Part shown: positions 62,092 through 64,000 of the stretch, in pieces
Layout of the letters: each line of letters starts with the position of its first letter
How positions within the stretch are numbered: the first letter of the stretch is position 1
Origin: Prorocentrum cordatum
Taxonomy: Eukaryota
Assembly: GCA_963575745.1 (NCBI GenBank)
Contig: CAUYUJ010000003.1
Location: 124,001-188,000, forward strand
DNA length: 64,000 nucleotides
Direction of reading: 5' to 3'
Notes under the pieces: generated by a model
What the model saw: the letters and a program-made list of their open reading frames with translations, nothing else
Told to the model about the DNA's origin: nothing
Databases searched by the model: none
Made by a program: the position numbers and the translations under genes

Positions 62092-64000
<1,909 letters not shown>

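Overview
GC-rich, repeat-dense eukaryotic nuclear DNA, almost certainly from a core dinoflagellate: it has a perfect dinoflagellate spliced-leader (SL) relic and GA/GC/GT-AG|G introns. Most ORFs in the supplied track are artefacts of microsatellites and GC-rich repeats. Four things are well supported. (1) A minus-strand host gene with at least five exons (23323 to about 455) encoding two cold-shock domains plus a RanBP2-type zinc finger. (2) Inside its 17.7-kb GC-AG intron, a decayed Ty1/Copia LTR retrotransposon (7458-~17020, with LTRs, PBS and PPT). Its polyprotein carries a dUTPase and a divergent cytosine-5 DNA methyltransferase-like domain between protease and integrase. (3) Next to it, a full-length decayed APE-type LINE (~17170-22541) whose 5' end is an exact SL. 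(4) Further minus-strand items: a probable RVxF-motif protein exon, a 5'-truncated RNase H-bearing LINE and a probable RLE-type retroelement tail. The rest is tandem satellites, MITE-like hairpins, dispersed repeats and a ~1.9-kb (TAG)n tract. All calls are by eye; no database search was run.
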